Positions 50,889 through 61,773 of a DNA stretch of 64,000 nucleotides are shown piece by piece (positions within the stretch are counted from its first letter, which is position 1; every line of letters starts with the position of its first letter). The translations under genes and the position numbers were made by a program. The stretch comes from an uncultured Desulfosarcina sp. (GTDB lineage: Bacteria > Desulfobacterota > Desulfobacteria > Desulfobacterales > Desulfosarcinaceae), in NCBI GenBank assembly GCA_963674945.2, contig CAXXWQ010000004.1:3168001-3232000 (forward strand), in the 5' to 3' direction. Below the pieces are notes generated by a model, which was not told where the DNA came from, searched no databases, and was given only the letters and a program-made list of their open reading frames with translations.

Positions 50889-51863
50889 ATGGAAACAGAT
50901 ATTCAGACGTGGATCAGTGTGGCCGCCTATTCGGGGGCGGGAATAGCGATGGGATGCGGTGCTATCGGTGCGGCCATCGGTGAGGGATACACGGCGGCGC
51001 AAGCCAATTTCGCCATCTCTCGAAATCCGGAAATTGCCGGTGACATTTTCAAGTCCATGCTTGTGGGGCAGGCAATCGCCGAATCCGCTTCGATCTTCGC
51101 CCTGGTCGTCGCGATGATCTTGTTGTTTTCGACGTTCCCCGGAGATTCCTACGTCATGGCCTCGGTGGTCCTTTCCGCCGGGCTTTGCATGGGATTGGGC
51201 GCCATCGGTTCGGGTGTCGGGTCGGGCTTTCCTGCCGGTGCGGCCTGTATCGGTATGTCCCGGCAACCTGCAACCAGCGGTCGATTGACCACCAACATGT
51301 TGATCGGTTCAGCCGTTTGCCAGACACCATCCATTTTCGCATTGGTCACTTCGTTCATTCTGTTGTTTACCAATTTTTCGTCTCGTCCGGTCTCGCCGAC
51401 CTGGGCCGCTGTTCTCGGTGCCGGATTGGCATCGGGGTTGGGTGCCATCGGATCCGGCCTGGGCGGTGGGTTCGTTGCCGAAACCAGTTGCGAGGGGGTC
51501 GCCCGGCATCCGGAAATGGCGGGGCCGGTGACCAATGTCATGCTGTTGGGACAGGCGGTCACCCAAACGACGGCCATTTATGGCCTCCTGGTCAGCTTTA
51601 TCCTGATGTTCAAATCCTTTCCCGCAACCGATGCCCTCGCACCGCCCATGGCACTTTTGGGGGCCGGGTTGTGCATGGGAATCGGCGCCATCGGCCCCGG
51701 CGTGGGTGAGGGGCTTACGGCCAGATCAGCGGTGCAATGGATTGCGCGCAATCCAACGTCCATTGCCGAATTGACGCGTTCCATGCTGGTCGGCCAAGCC
51801 GTGGCGGAATCCACGGGAATCTATTCGCTGGTCATTGCATTGATACTCATATTTGTCATGTAA
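50889..51863 (+). CDS. atpE: Four-hairpin fused Fo subunit c (8 TM); only hairpins 1 and 4 keep the ion-binding Glu
   Basis: Four GxGxGxG...R[NQH]P...GxA repeats ending AESASIF, CQTPSIF, TQTTAIY, AESTGIY. Confidence 0.9.
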   Translation: METDIQTWISVAAYSGAGIAMGCGAIGAAIGEGYTAAQANFAISRNPEIAGDIFKSMLVGQAIAESASIFALVVAMILLFSTFPGDSYVMASVVLSAGLCMGLGAIGSGVGSGFPAGAACIGMSRQPATSGRLTTNMLIGSAVCQTPSIFALVTSFILLFTNFSSRPVSPTWAAVLGAGLASGLGAIGSGLGGGFVAETSCEGVARHPEMAGPVTNVMLLGQAVTQTTAIYGLLVSFILMFKSFPATDALAPPMALLGAGLCMGIGAIGPGVGEGLTARSAVQWIARNPTSIAELTRSMLVGQAVAESTGIYSLVIALILIFVM

Positions 51864-51897
51864 GATATTACAAATTATTTGATAGAGGAGGAAGACC

Positions 51898-52146
51898 ATG
51901 GCAATTGAAGGTGCGGATATTATAAAAGCGGCGGCATTTCTCGGCGCAGGACTTTCCATGGGATTGGGTGCCATCGGACCCGGTGTCGGTGAGGGCATGG
52001 CTGCGGCAAAGGCGTGTGAAGCCATTGGACGAAATCCCCAGGAAGCGGGCCTGTTGACGCGAACCATGCTGGTGGGCCAGGCGGTTTCGGAATCGACGGG
52101 TATCTATTCGCTCGTTGTCGCCCTGCTTCTGCTCTTCGTGGTGTGA
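51898..52146 (+). CDS. atpE: Fo subunit c, Na+-type signature
   Basis: GAGGAGG RBS; GPGVGEG...RNP...GQAVSESTGIY. Confidence 0.95.
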   Translation: MAIEGADIIKAAAFLGAGLSMGLGAIGPGVGEGMAAAKACEAIGRNPQEAGLLTRTMLVGQAVSESTGIYSLVVALLLLFVV

Positions 52147-52210
52147 ACGAATTCCCGATCACGCCTATGGAACCATGTCGTTTTTATCACGTTAGACGGA
52201 GCGATGAATC

Positions 52211-52666
52211 ATGGAGATCATCAGCACCATTTCGCTGATCAGCATCAACGAAACCTTTTTTATTCAATTGCTATCCTTCTTGCTGTTTCTATTCGTCTTG
52301 AATCGGTTGATGTTCCGACCGTTGATCGATACCATGAATCAGCGCAAGGATTATCTCTCCGATGTAAGAACGGAAATTGAAGAGGCAAAATCGGATCTGG
52401 ACGATCTCAATAAAAACCTGGGTGAACAGCGCACCCAGGCTATCCGGGAGGCCAATGCCGTCATCGGCGCCATGGAGGAAGAGGCGGATCGCACCGCGTC
52501 GGAAATGATTAACTCGGCAAGGGGACGGATCACCCAGCTCCGCATGGAAACGGAAACGAAAATCGACCAGGAATTGAAATCGGCCAGATCCCAGTTGGCC
52601 GGAGAAGTGGGATCGTTAACCACTGCCATCATGGAAAAAGTGCTGGATCGGAGACTGTCACCATGA
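52211..52666 (+). CDS. atpF: Fo subunit b'
   Basis: TFFIQLLSFLLFLFVLNRLMFRPL membrane anchor plus charged coiled coil. Confidence 0.88.
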   Translation: MEIISTISLISINETFFIQLLSFLLFLFVLNRLMFRPLIDTMNQRKDYLSDVRTEIEEAKSDLDDLNKNLGEQRTQAIREANAVIGAMEEEADRTASEMINSARGRITQLRMETETKIDQELKSARSQLAGEVGSLTTAIMEKVLDRRLSP

Positions 52667-53265
52667 AGAAAAACGACTTTTACCGTATCCGTTCCAGACT
52701 GTTTTTTGCAACGACTTGGCTAACCTTGCTGCCGGCAGCGGCCTTTGCGTCCAGCCCGGATTGGCGGCCGACCTATGACCTGGTGATGATGTATGTCAAC
52801 TTTATCATTTTTGCCGCGGTAATCGTCAAGTTTGGCCGTCAACCGTTAAAGCAATTTCTCAAAGAGAAAAAAGAGGACGTGGTATCGGAGATCGAGTCGT
52901 TGGAGGCGGAGAAGAAACGAATCGTCGAAGAGATTGAAACCACCAACGTTCAGGTATCGGAAGGAACCATCCGGCTGCAGGAGATGAAGGCGCGTCTGAT
53001 CTCCCAGGGGGAGGCGAAAAAGAAACAGATCATCGACACCGCCGAAAAACAGAGCGCCATCATGATCGAAGAGGCGCAGAAAAAAATGGCGAATCGGATC
53101 TTTCAGGCAAAGAAGACGCTCAAGCTCGAACTGGCGGATTTGGCATTCGAGCAGGCACTCATCCAACTCCCCAAAATCATCACGGACGGCGACAATCAGC
53201 GATTGCTGGACGAATACATGGCCAGCATGAACGCCGATTCCGGTTTTTCGGTTTATAATCGCTGA
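52663..53265 (+). CDS. atpF: Fo subunit b
   Basis: VNFIIFAAVIVKFGRQPL plus coiled coil; DNQRLLDEY C-terminus. Confidence 0.85.
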   Translation: MKKNDFYRIRSRLFFATTWLTLLPAAAFASSPDWRPTYDLVMMYVNFIIFAAVIVKFGRQPLKQFLKEKKEDVVSEIESLEAEKKRIVEEIETTNVQVSEGTIRLQEMKARLISQGEAKKKQIIDTAEKQSAIMIEEAQKKMANRIFQAKKTLKLELADLAFEQALIQLPKIITDGDNQRLLDEYMASMNADSGFSVYNR

Positions 53266-53274
53266 ATATCACCG

Positions 53275-55761
53275 TTAATCCTCTTCGGTTAAAATATTCG
53301 TCACCATCTGACTTTTCTCATCGGCCTTGGTCTCTTCCATGCTTTCCGATTCCTTGTGGGATTCTGGAAGGGTTTGCCAATGGGTCTTGTATATGTTCCG
53401 AAAGGCGATTTGAAACATTGCCTCGATGAGGCAATAGGCGGGAAGTTGTCGTTTCACTGAGTCGATGGTGGTGATGGCCAGGCTTTTTTCGTCCGCTCCC
53501 TGTTTCAGCCGAATCAGGTTTTTCAAGAAGGCGATCATTTCAGGGGCCAGCTTTCGATGGTTTTCGGAAAGCTGGGTGGTGTCTTTCCATCGGTGTACCT
53601 GTTTTTTTATGGCATCGGTGTCGGCGTTCATGAGAAAGGATCGATTCTTTTCACTTTTTAAGAGTGGAAAACGCGATACCCTCTTTGCGATCTCTTTGGT
53701 AAGGCACCTTTTTTCCCTCTCGAGCTCTTCGCGAATCACCGGGACCATGGGTTCGGGAACGGTGAGGGTCAATTGGTTCAATTGTTCTGAAAAAACGGCA
53801 AGATGGACTCTCACATCAGCGATGGCAGCCGACCAGAATTTCTGGTTCATGGCCTTGATTGTAGATTCGTCCGGTCGCTTTTTTTGCCGACTGGATTTCA
53901 GTATCTTCAATACTTCCGGGAAAGAACGGGCGGCTCGCTGGAACAGATTTTTTCCGGTGATTGCCTTGAAGATGATGGCCAGCATTGCGAACCAGTCCTG
54001 AAAATAGTAGGCTTGTGACGAATCTTGGAAGTATTCGGCAAGGACTTCGTTTTTCAATAGATGCAGTGGCGTGGCGTACAAAGGGGTTCCCCCCAAAAGG
54101 GGTTGTTCGATGATGCCACTTTCCCCGGGAATCAGGGAGAGGGCCGTTTCGACATCGATAACGCCGATGGAAAAGGCCGAAGGGTCTTTCAGGAAGATCG
54201 GATAGTCGTCCGGATTGGCATCCAGAAAAAGATTGTCCGGCTTCAAGTCTCGCAAGGCAATGCGCTTTTCCTTTAGCTGATGCAGGAGCCGTAACGTGTT
54301 GGAGGAGAGATTTTCGATCTGTTTGTGGCTTTTGGTAAATGCCTTGGCGGACAGGTGGGTCTTTAACAGTCGGATCAGGTCTTCCACCAATTGTTGATTG
54401 GCCGCAAAGATTGTGGAAAATCTCGTTTCGATCTGGGCCGTCAATGTCTCTCCGATGTTCCAGGCTTCTCGGCTGATGGTTTCTCCGGCAAGTTTGCTGA
54501 GAATCCAGCTTCGGATTTGAAAAGGCTGGATGCTCACATCTCGCCCGGACTCAGTAACGATACGGCGAACCTCCATATCGCATTCCCGATACAGATTTTG
54601 AAGTCCTTTGAACAAGGAGAGGGATTCCAATCCATATCGGGCGGTAAAGGCTTCCTGGTCCCATGCCGTCTCCGGCGCCTCCCGAATCTCATCGCCGATT
54701 TGCTCCTTGGGTGCATGCAATTCGTCGATAACGCGGCTCAAAAAGAAGTTGTTGGTCAGTTCCATGAAAAAGGCGAAGTGGTCGCCCACCTTAAGGTATT
54801 GCTGGTATTCCTCTTCCTCTTCGACCAGGCGGATATACCGTTTTTCCAATTGTTCCTTGTTAAGGGAGTCGGCATAGGGGAGGGTCTTCACCTTCTCGAG
54901 AACCACCGATACCCTGGGTACGATACAGGCGATGGGAGACAGCTGTGCGGCAATCTGAACTTCTCTGCGTATGGCGGTAAGATAGGTTTTCATGTCGGTC
55001 ACCGGAGACGGCGGCAGCTTGATTACCATATGGGTGTCGTAAATGACGTAGAAACATTTGCTCTTGCTTCCTGACTCCTCTCCCAGTGGGCCGATGGACA
55101 TTCGTCTCGTCTGCCAATCCTGTTCACCCATAATACTCAGTTCGAAAACCTTCATCTTTCCGAAGGCTGCGTTTCCGGTCATTTTGTAACGGGCCGGCGA
55201 ATCTTTGGCCAACCCCTTCTGTACCCTGAACAACTCGAGAAAGAAAAGGGCAAGATCCCGCACATCAGAGGATTCATGTTCCCCTCCGGAGACCATGTCC
55301 ATCATCTCGTCGGATTGGGCAGCTTCGTCAACCTCGTTTTTCTGCAGCGCTTTTCGAATCAGTCGCCAGAGACGTGGCGGAAGTTGATCGATTGCGACGG
55401 CCGCAATCATCAACAAAGCGAGAAGGAAAAGGCGACTGTCGAGAAACCGGATCCACTTCGGGCTTATTCCCAGGCGTGTCATTGCGATCCGCTTTTGGCG
55501 GTCCAGGATCTTAAGCAGGCCGATCTTCTTTTCGACGGTGATGTCTCCCACGCCTTGTACATCATCTTTCATGAACATGCCCGAATTGCCGTCGATTTCG
55601 TAAAAGACAAACTGATCGGACTGTTTCACCCGATCGGCCAAAAACGGCTCTCCATCCTGTAAATAGATGATTTTCCGATTTTCGGTCACATCCACCTTTA
55701 CGATGGTGATCCCAAAGGCGCAAAGTGCGCAAACAGCAAGAATGAGTATCCACTTTTTCAT
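53275..55761 (-). CDS. Membrane-anchored atypical Ser/Thr protein kinase
   Basis: N-terminal hydrophobic segments; MVIKLP, IRREV, RDLKPDN, IDVET, GGTPLYATP, FQDWFA. Confidence 0.75.
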   Translation of the reverse strand: MKKWILILAVCALCAFGITIVKVDVTENRKIIYLQDGEPFLADRVKQSDQFVFYEIDGNSGMFMKDDVQGVGDITVEKKIGLLKILDRQKRIAMTRLGISPKWIRFLDSRLFLLALLMIAAVAIDQLPPRLWRLIRKALQKNEVDEAAQSDEMMDMVSGGEHESSDVRDLALFFLELFRVQKGLAKDSPARYKMTGNAAFGKMKVFELSIMGEQDWQTRRMSIGPLGEESGSKSKCFYVIYDTHMVIKLPPSPVTDMKTYLTAIRREVQIAAQLSPIACIVPRVSVVLEKVKTLPYADSLNKEQLEKRYIRLVEEEEEYQQYLKVGDHFAFFMELTNNFFLSRVIDELHAPKEQIGDEIREAPETAWDQEAFTARYGLESLSLFKGLQNLYRECDMEVRRIVTESGRDVSIQPFQIRSWILSKLAGETISREAWNIGETLTAQIETRFSTIFAANQQLVEDLIRLLKTHLSAKAFTKSHKQIENLSSNTLRLLHQLKEKRIALRDLKPDNLFLDANPDDYPIFLKDPSAFSIGVIDVETALSLIPGESGIIEQPLLGGTPLYATPLHLLKNEVLAEYFQDSSQAYYFQDWFAMLAIIFKAITGKNLFQRAARSFPEVLKILKSSRQKKRPDESTIKAMNQKFWSAAIADVRVHLAVFSEQLNQLTLTVPEPMVPVIREELEREKRCLTKEIAKRVSRFPLLKSEKNRSFLMNADTDAIKKQVHRWKDTTQLSENHRKLAPEMIAFLKNLIRLKQGADEKSLAITTIDSVKRQLPAYCLIEAMFQIAFRNIYKTHWQTLPESHKESESMEETKADEKSQMVTNILTEED

Positions 55762-55805
55762 GGTGACTGCATTTGTTTTTTCGAGGTGTTTGCCAAACGC
55801 CTTCC

Positions 55806-56552
55806 CTAAAAATTCTCGTGGGCGTTACATTCGTATTTGAGGACCACCGAACCGACTTTTATGATGTCCATCTTTTCGAGACGAACCGGTCCGCGTATGG
55901 TCCGACCATTGACTTTCGGCCTGATCCAGCCCACTACGGCGTTGATGTAATGATGCTGCGGCGTTTTGCTGATGGTCGCAGCCGGATCGCCAGCCAGGAA
56001 AGAAAAAAAGCCTTTAATGACAATGTCGCATTGATTGCTCGTTCCGATGGTCACGAGACTTTTGTTCAATTCCATTCGCCCGCTTCCACCCGAGAGAAAG
56101 TCCACATATGTAAATTGGGCGGGCTGCGACTGCGCATCCTTGCTTTCTGCCAGCATCCGGCGGAAAGCCTCGCCTTCCATGAACATGGTCTCGTCAGGAC
56201 CGGGATCACCGGGAGCGGCAGATGTCTTCAGCCCTGCCTGGCTGGCCCGCGTACGGGACCTTCCACGATCCAAGAACACCAGGGCGTGTTTTCCGATGGT
56301 GATGACATCGCCGTTTTTCAATGTGGCCTGCCGTACGAGCAAACCGTTGAGAAAAGTTCCGTTCTTGCTGTTCTGGTCCGATAATCGATAATGATTTCTC
56401 TCTCTTCTGATAACGGCGTGATCGCCGGAAACGCCATAGTTGTCGATAATCAGATCGTTCGTGGATTTTCTGCCGATGGTGAGAGTATCGAGACGATCGA
56501 GGGAAAGTTCTTTGATCGTTCTGTCCTTGAATTTGACAAGCAGCCTGATCAT
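55806..56552 (-). CDS. FHA-domain protein (tandem FHA-like domains)
   Basis: LTIGRKSTNDL...VSGDHA...DQNSKNGTFLNG; second degenerate FHA VTIGTSNQCDI...KVNG. Confidence 0.87.
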   Translation of the reverse strand: MIRLLVKFKDRTIKELSLDRLDTLTIGRKSTNDLIIDNYGVSGDHAVIRRERNHYRLSDQNSKNGTFLNGLLVRQATLKNGDVITIGKHALVFLDRGRSRTRASQAGLKTSAAPGDPGPDETMFMEGEAFRRMLAESKDAQSQPAQFTYVDFLSGGSGRMELNKSLVTIGTSNQCDIVIKGFFSFLAGDPAATISKTPQHHYINAVVGWIRPKVNGRTIRGPVRLEKMDIIKVGSVVLKYECNAHENF

Positions 56553-56580
56553 TTGATTGCCAGTTCCCCTTACGGTTTTC

Positions 56581-57441
<861 letters not shown>

Positions 57442-57689
57442 GTTCGGCCCCTTTTTTTCTAAAAAACAATAAATTTAGAGAGTTGTCAAGAAAAACAGTG
57501 AGACCTGCGGCAATCGTTCTTTTTTGCATGTCCTTGGTCGAACCTTGCATCACTGCCGACAAGATGGGGCGCCATGGATGCCGCCCCCCCTGTTTTTTTC
57601 GATAGAAACAGGCAATTCGAATTATCGCGCCACCTCCAATATTCTCTGGGGCTGTTTTCATTCACAGATCCGTTTGCGTTATCGATCCG

Positions 57690-59120
57690 TTACCGGTTCT
57701 CCGGCTGATGATTGGTTTTGGCAAACAGCACGGCAATGGCCGATAGAATAGAAAATAGGGCACCGGTCAGATACCCCCAATGCAGTCCATTGACAAAGGC
57801 GTCGAGCTGACCTGCGCGAAAGGGTCCGGCGTAACCGCGCGTCGTAAACGGTGCCAGATTGTAAACGACCGCGCCGGCGATGGCAATGCCGAAAGCCATG
57901 CCGGTATTGCGCATCACGGCCAGCAGGCTGGAGGCGATGCCGCGAAACGCTGCGGGAGCGCTGCTCATGACGGCGCTGTTAACGGGGCTTTGAAACATGC
58001 CTGCGCCAAATCCGCAAACCGCAAGGCGCCAGGCCACATCCAGGTTCTCCGCACTTGTATCCAGTCGGCTGAGCAGTACCAACCCCGATGCGTGGATCAA
58101 CATACCGGCAAATCCCAGCCCCCGGGAGCCGATGTGGTCGGACAGGGCTCCACTGAGCGGACCGATGAAAAACGTCAGCGAGGCAAAGGCCATCATCACC
58201 ATTCCCACGGAAAAGACATCTTTGTGTAGTGCATCGGCCAGGTACCAGGGTGTCAGAAAAACAACAGTATAAAGGCCCATAAAATTCAGCATGGAGCTTA
58301 TACAGGCAAACGTGAAGCGGGGGTTGGAAAAAATCTTGAGATTGAGCATGGGCTGCGCAGCCCTTTGTTCTACACGAATAAATAGCGCTCCAAATCCAAT
58401 GGCACAAACCAGCAACACCGTGCCCCAAACGGAAAACCATCCTATCCGTTCTCCCCGATTGGCATACAGCATAAGGCTGAATAAAAATAAAAATGCCAGT
58501 GCCGCACCGGCCATATCCAGATGCTGTCCCGGTTTTTGTTTTCCCGGCGGGATTATCCGACGACCCCATAAAAGTGCGACAGCGGCAATGGGAACATTAA
58601 CGAAAAAGACATACCGCCAGTTCAGATATTGGGCAATGATGCCCCCCAACACCGGACCAAGCATCAACCCCAGGGCAATCGCGGTGGCATAAATGCCGAT
58701 GGCTTTGCCCCTTTCTCTGCGAGGAAAAGCAGAAGTGACAATGGCCAACCCCAGGGCCATCTGCATGGCCACGGTAAGACCCTGGACGGCCCGGAAAATA
58801 ATGAGCATCCAGATATTGCGGGACAAACCGCACAGCAGCGATGCAAAGGCAAAACAGGCAAGTCCGGTGAGAAAAATCCGTTTATAGCCAAGCATGTCTC
58901 CCAGTCGGCCGTAGACAAGGATAAAAGAGCAGATGGCCAGCAGATAGATGGTGGGGACCCATTGTGCGAGAGCGTAATCGGTCTGAAAATGATTGGCAAT
59001 CGTCGGAAGGACCACATTGACAATACTTCCATCGATGGGTCCCATGATGACGCCCAGCATCACGGCGCAGAGAATCATCCATTTGTTTTCATCGCCCTTT
59101 GTATCATTTGTGTGTTCCAT
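57690..59120 (-). CDS. MFS transporter, DHA2 (EmrB/QacA-like)
   Basis: DGSIVNVVLP, GRLGDMLGYKR, GPVLGG; about 14 TM helices. Confidence 0.92.
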   Translation of the reverse strand: MEHTNDTKGDENKWMILCAVMLGVIMGPIDGSIVNVVLPTIANHFQTDYALAQWVPTIYLLAICSFILVYGRLGDMLGYKRIFLTGLACFAFASLLCGLSRNIWMLIIFRAVQGLTVAMQMALGLAIVTSAFPRRERGKAIGIYATAIALGLMLGPVLGGIIAQYLNWRYVFFVNVPIAAVALLWGRRIIPPGKQKPGQHLDMAGAALAFLFLFSLMLYANRGERIGWFSVWGTVLLVCAIGFGALFIRVEQRAAQPMLNLKIFSNPRFTFACISSMLNFMGLYTVVFLTPWYLADALHKDVFSVGMVMMAFASLTFFIGPLSGALSDHIGSRGLGFAGMLIHASGLVLLSRLDTSAENLDVAWRLAVCGFGAGMFQSPVNSAVMSSAPAAFRGIASSLLAVMRNTGMAFGIAIAGAVVYNLAPFTTRGYAGPFRAGQLDAFVNGLHWGYLTGALFSILSAIAVLFAKTNHQPENR

Positions 59121-59183
59121 ATCGATTTTTCCAACCAGCGGCAATTTCCAAAACAGACATTTTTCTTTTCACTCTGGGCAATG

Positions 59184-59498
59184 CTACACCAGGGAAAGCT
59201 TACCGAAATAATTGGCAAGGTAAAAGGCCATTGCCAAGGCTCCGATAAAGTAGCTGATGAAGATGGCCTGGTGCCGCTGGTTCAGCCTCCCGAAGTAGAC
59301 AAAAGCAAAGGCGATGAAAAAATTAATAGCGGCCCAAGCAATATTTGACACCGGTGAGGACAACCCCACGCCAGGGTGATCTGAAAATGGGGATGGGAAA
59401 GGTCTTCCGCTTATACCGTTGATAAAATGTGGCAGGAAGTTAACGAATATACCCCCTGCAACAAAAGCAAAGACATGATGATACCATCGTGTTTCCAT
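59184..59498 (-). CDS. Small membrane protein
   Basis: NFLPHFINGISGRPFPSPF...SSPVSNIAW; 3 hydrophobic segments. Confidence 0.75.
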   Translation of the reverse strand: METRWYHHVFAFVAGGIFVNFLPHFINGISGRPFPSPFSDHPGVGLSSPVSNIAWAAINFFIAFAFVYFGRLNQRHQAIFISYFIGALAMAFYLANYFGKLSLV

Positions 59499-59550
59499 AT
59501 ATATGCCTTTTTCTCATTATACTTCACTGAAGTGTCTACATATTCGACTC

Positions 59551-60003
59551 TCACTTGCTCATTCTCATAATTAGAAATTGTGGAATCTTTATCGAGAAAA
59601 AAAACACCCGGACATCCATTCTTAAGCGCGTTAACCTGGAAAAACGAATGCGCCATTGATTCTCGACCTTTTTATACTTTTCATGATAATGTCCATATCC
59701 ATGTAAGTCGATACCACCTGAGAACCGAACAAGATCTTCCATTGCCCAAATTCCGGTAGCAGTATCCGATGAGGTGAGCTCAATTTCCGGCATGTGGCCA
59801 TGATGGACCGTAGTCTTGGAAGAAATCGTTTTTCTTATGAAAGATACGAACGCATCGGCTCCATTGACAACCTTTCCGCCTGAAGCTGTTGTATCACTGG
59901 TGAAATCTTCAGTGAAGACATCGCGAAAAGAATCCCAATCTTTCGTATCCAGAGCACGAAAGTATCTGGACTTAAGATTTTTTATATCTTCAATATCATT
60001 CAT
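59551..60003 (-). CDS. SnoaL/NTF2-like (BaiE/LinA-like) protein
   Basis: IKNLKSRYFRALDTKDW, HHGHMPEI, ATGIWAMED, GYGHYHEKY. Confidence 0.85.
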   Translation of the reverse strand: MNDIEDIKNLKSRYFRALDTKDWDSFRDVFTEDFTSDTTASGGKVVNGADAFVSFIRKTISSKTTVHHGHMPEIELTSSDTATGIWAMEDLVRFSGGIDLHGYGHYHEKYKKVENQWRIRFSRLTRLRMDVRVFFFSIKIPQFLIMRMSK

Positions 60004-60094
60004 GCGTCAAATTCCTGTTGCCAACGGGGAAGCCGCATACCAAACTCTGTGTGTTTATTCATATGAGTATTTCGTGGAACACCCATATCCCGCA

Positions 60095-60562
60095 TCATGC
60101 CACTACATATGAACCGGTGCCAACGGCAATGAGATCATCCTTATCGTTATTCAGTTCAATCCGGGTAACAGCAACTTTATTTCCCGTTCTTAACACATAG
60201 CCCGAGGAAACAAACCATTTCCCCAGACCAGGCCGCAAATAGTCGACGCGTAAATCAATCGTTCCCAGCTTCTTAAATCGTTCCAGCTTTTTTTCTGTTG
60301 TTTCGCCGGACATTTTTTTCTGAACACCGATAAATGCCGACAGGCCGCCGGTAACGTCAATGACAGAGGAAATAACACCACCGTGCAATGTTCCTCGCGT
60401 GTAATTTCCAATCAGCTCATCCCGAATTTCAAAACGAACTTTCGCAATGTCATAATTTAACGACTCGACTTTCAGCCCAAGTACTCTGTTAAATGGAATC
60501 TTATCTTCAAATATTTCTCTAATTGTCAAAAACAATTCTTCATTTTTTTCAAACCGATCCAT
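60095..60562 (-). CDS. PaaI/YigI-like hot-dog thioesterase
   Basis: IPFNRVLG, LHGGVISSVID, TIDLRVDYLRPG. Confidence 0.88.
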   Translation of the reverse strand: MDRFEKNEELFLTIREIFEDKIPFNRVLGLKVESLNYDIAKVRFEIRDELIGNYTRGTLHGGVISSVIDVTGGLSAFIGVQKKMSGETTEKKLERFKKLGTIDLRVDYLRPGLGKWFVSSGYVLRTGNKVAVTRIELNNDKDDLIAVGTGSYVVA

Positions 60563-60582
60563 TATTCCTCCCATGTTAGAAG

Positions 60583-60658
60583 ATCGGGCAGCCGGGGTTT
60601 GTATCGGCCCAACCCCCGAATAACCGTACGTGCGAATTTTTCAGCATTGGTGCGGTTC
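60583..60658 (-). mobile_element. Probable group II intron 3' relic (domains V-VI)
   Basis: Minus strand GAACCG...TGCTGAAAAATTCGCACGTACGGTT-ATTCGGGGG...CCCGAT resembles DV/DVI and ends in AY. Confidence 0.5.
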
Positions 60659-61005
60659 TGTGTTTTCGGATAATATCCATTGTTGTCATCACGTGGTATG
60701 GCGGTGAACGGCAAACTGACAAATTTACCATAAAAACAGGCGATATCAGACCCTATATCATGTTTTTCCCACCATAGAAAATGGGATATGGAAAATAGTC
60801 CCCCCATCATCGGTCTCTAAAATGCTCAATTTGTCACAAGGAAGGCAATATAGACCCAAGCATAGGGGGTATCGAGAGGGTTCCACTAAAAAGTGAAGCG
60901 AAAGCATCGGTATGATTCGGCAATGAACGATTGGAAAGTGTGTATTCGTATTCCGGAATTTGTGGTATTGATGTGCGTCTTTGTTTGCGGATCAAGGAGG
61001 AATGA

Positions 61006-61773
61006 ATGGAAATATCAGAGAAAATTGCAGTTGTCAGTGGCGGTGCTTCCGGCTTGGGCGAAGCGACGGTGAAAGGTCTGGTTGCTTCGGGTGCCAAGGT
61101 GGCGATTCTTGATACAAACGTTGACGCTGGCAACGAAATTGCGAGTCAGCTCGGTGATAACGCAATATTTTGTGAAGCAGACATGGCGATGGAAGATTCC
61201 GTTCAATCTGCAATCGAAACAGCGTATAAGACATTTGGTGCGATTCACATTGCCGTTTCATGTGCAGGTGTTTTGTTGCCCGCAAGAGTCATCGGCAAAA
61301 AAGGCCCCTTTCCCATGGATCAATTCGATCGAGTCGTTCAGGTCAATCTCATGGGAACGATGAATGTAATTCGGCTTGCCGGGATGAAGATGAAGGAAAA
61401 CAAACCAAATGAGGATGGTGAAGTTGGTGTTATTATCAATACTGCTTCTGTCGCTGCATTTGAGGGCCAGATCGGCCACGCGGCTTATAGCGCCTCAAAG
61501 GGTGGTATCGCCAGTATGACGTTGCCCGTTGCCAGGGAGTTTGCCGAATACGGTATCCGCGTCGTTTCCATAGCCCCTGGCCTGTTTCGGACCGCCATGA
61601 TGATGGAAGTACCGGAATCCATCCGTGTCTCTTTGGCGAAGAGGGCGACATTTCCAAAACGATTCGGGTATCCCCATGAATATGCACATCTGGTCTCATG
61701 CATCATAGAAAATCCCATGATAAATGGCTGTACCATCAGGTTGGATGCCGCCTACAGGATGCAAGCCAGGTAG
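61006..61773 (+). CDS. SDR, 3-hydroxyacyl-CoA dehydrogenase type II-like
   Basis: [26 protein letters not shown]. Confidence 0.92.
   Translation: MEISEKIAVVSGGASGLGEATVKGLVASGAKVAILDTNVDAGNEIASQLGDNAIFCEADMAMEDSVQSAIETAYKTFGAIHIAVSCAGVLLPARVIGKKGPFPMDQFDRVVQVNLMGTMNVIRLAGMKMKENKPNEDGEVGVIINTASVAAFEGQIGHAAYSASKGGIASMTLPVAREFAEYGIRVVSIAPGLFRTAMMMEVPESIRVSLAKRATFPKRFGYPHEYAHLVSCIIENPMINGCTIRLDAAYRMQAR

Noticed and set aside
49565..53265. N-ATPase operon
   Set aside because: It lacks the atpD/C/A/G genes and the atpDCQRBEFAG order.
60004..60094. attC-like site between the thioesterase and SnoaL genes
   Set aside because: GTTGGCA is present on the minus strand, but there is no matching inverse core or convincing palindrome.
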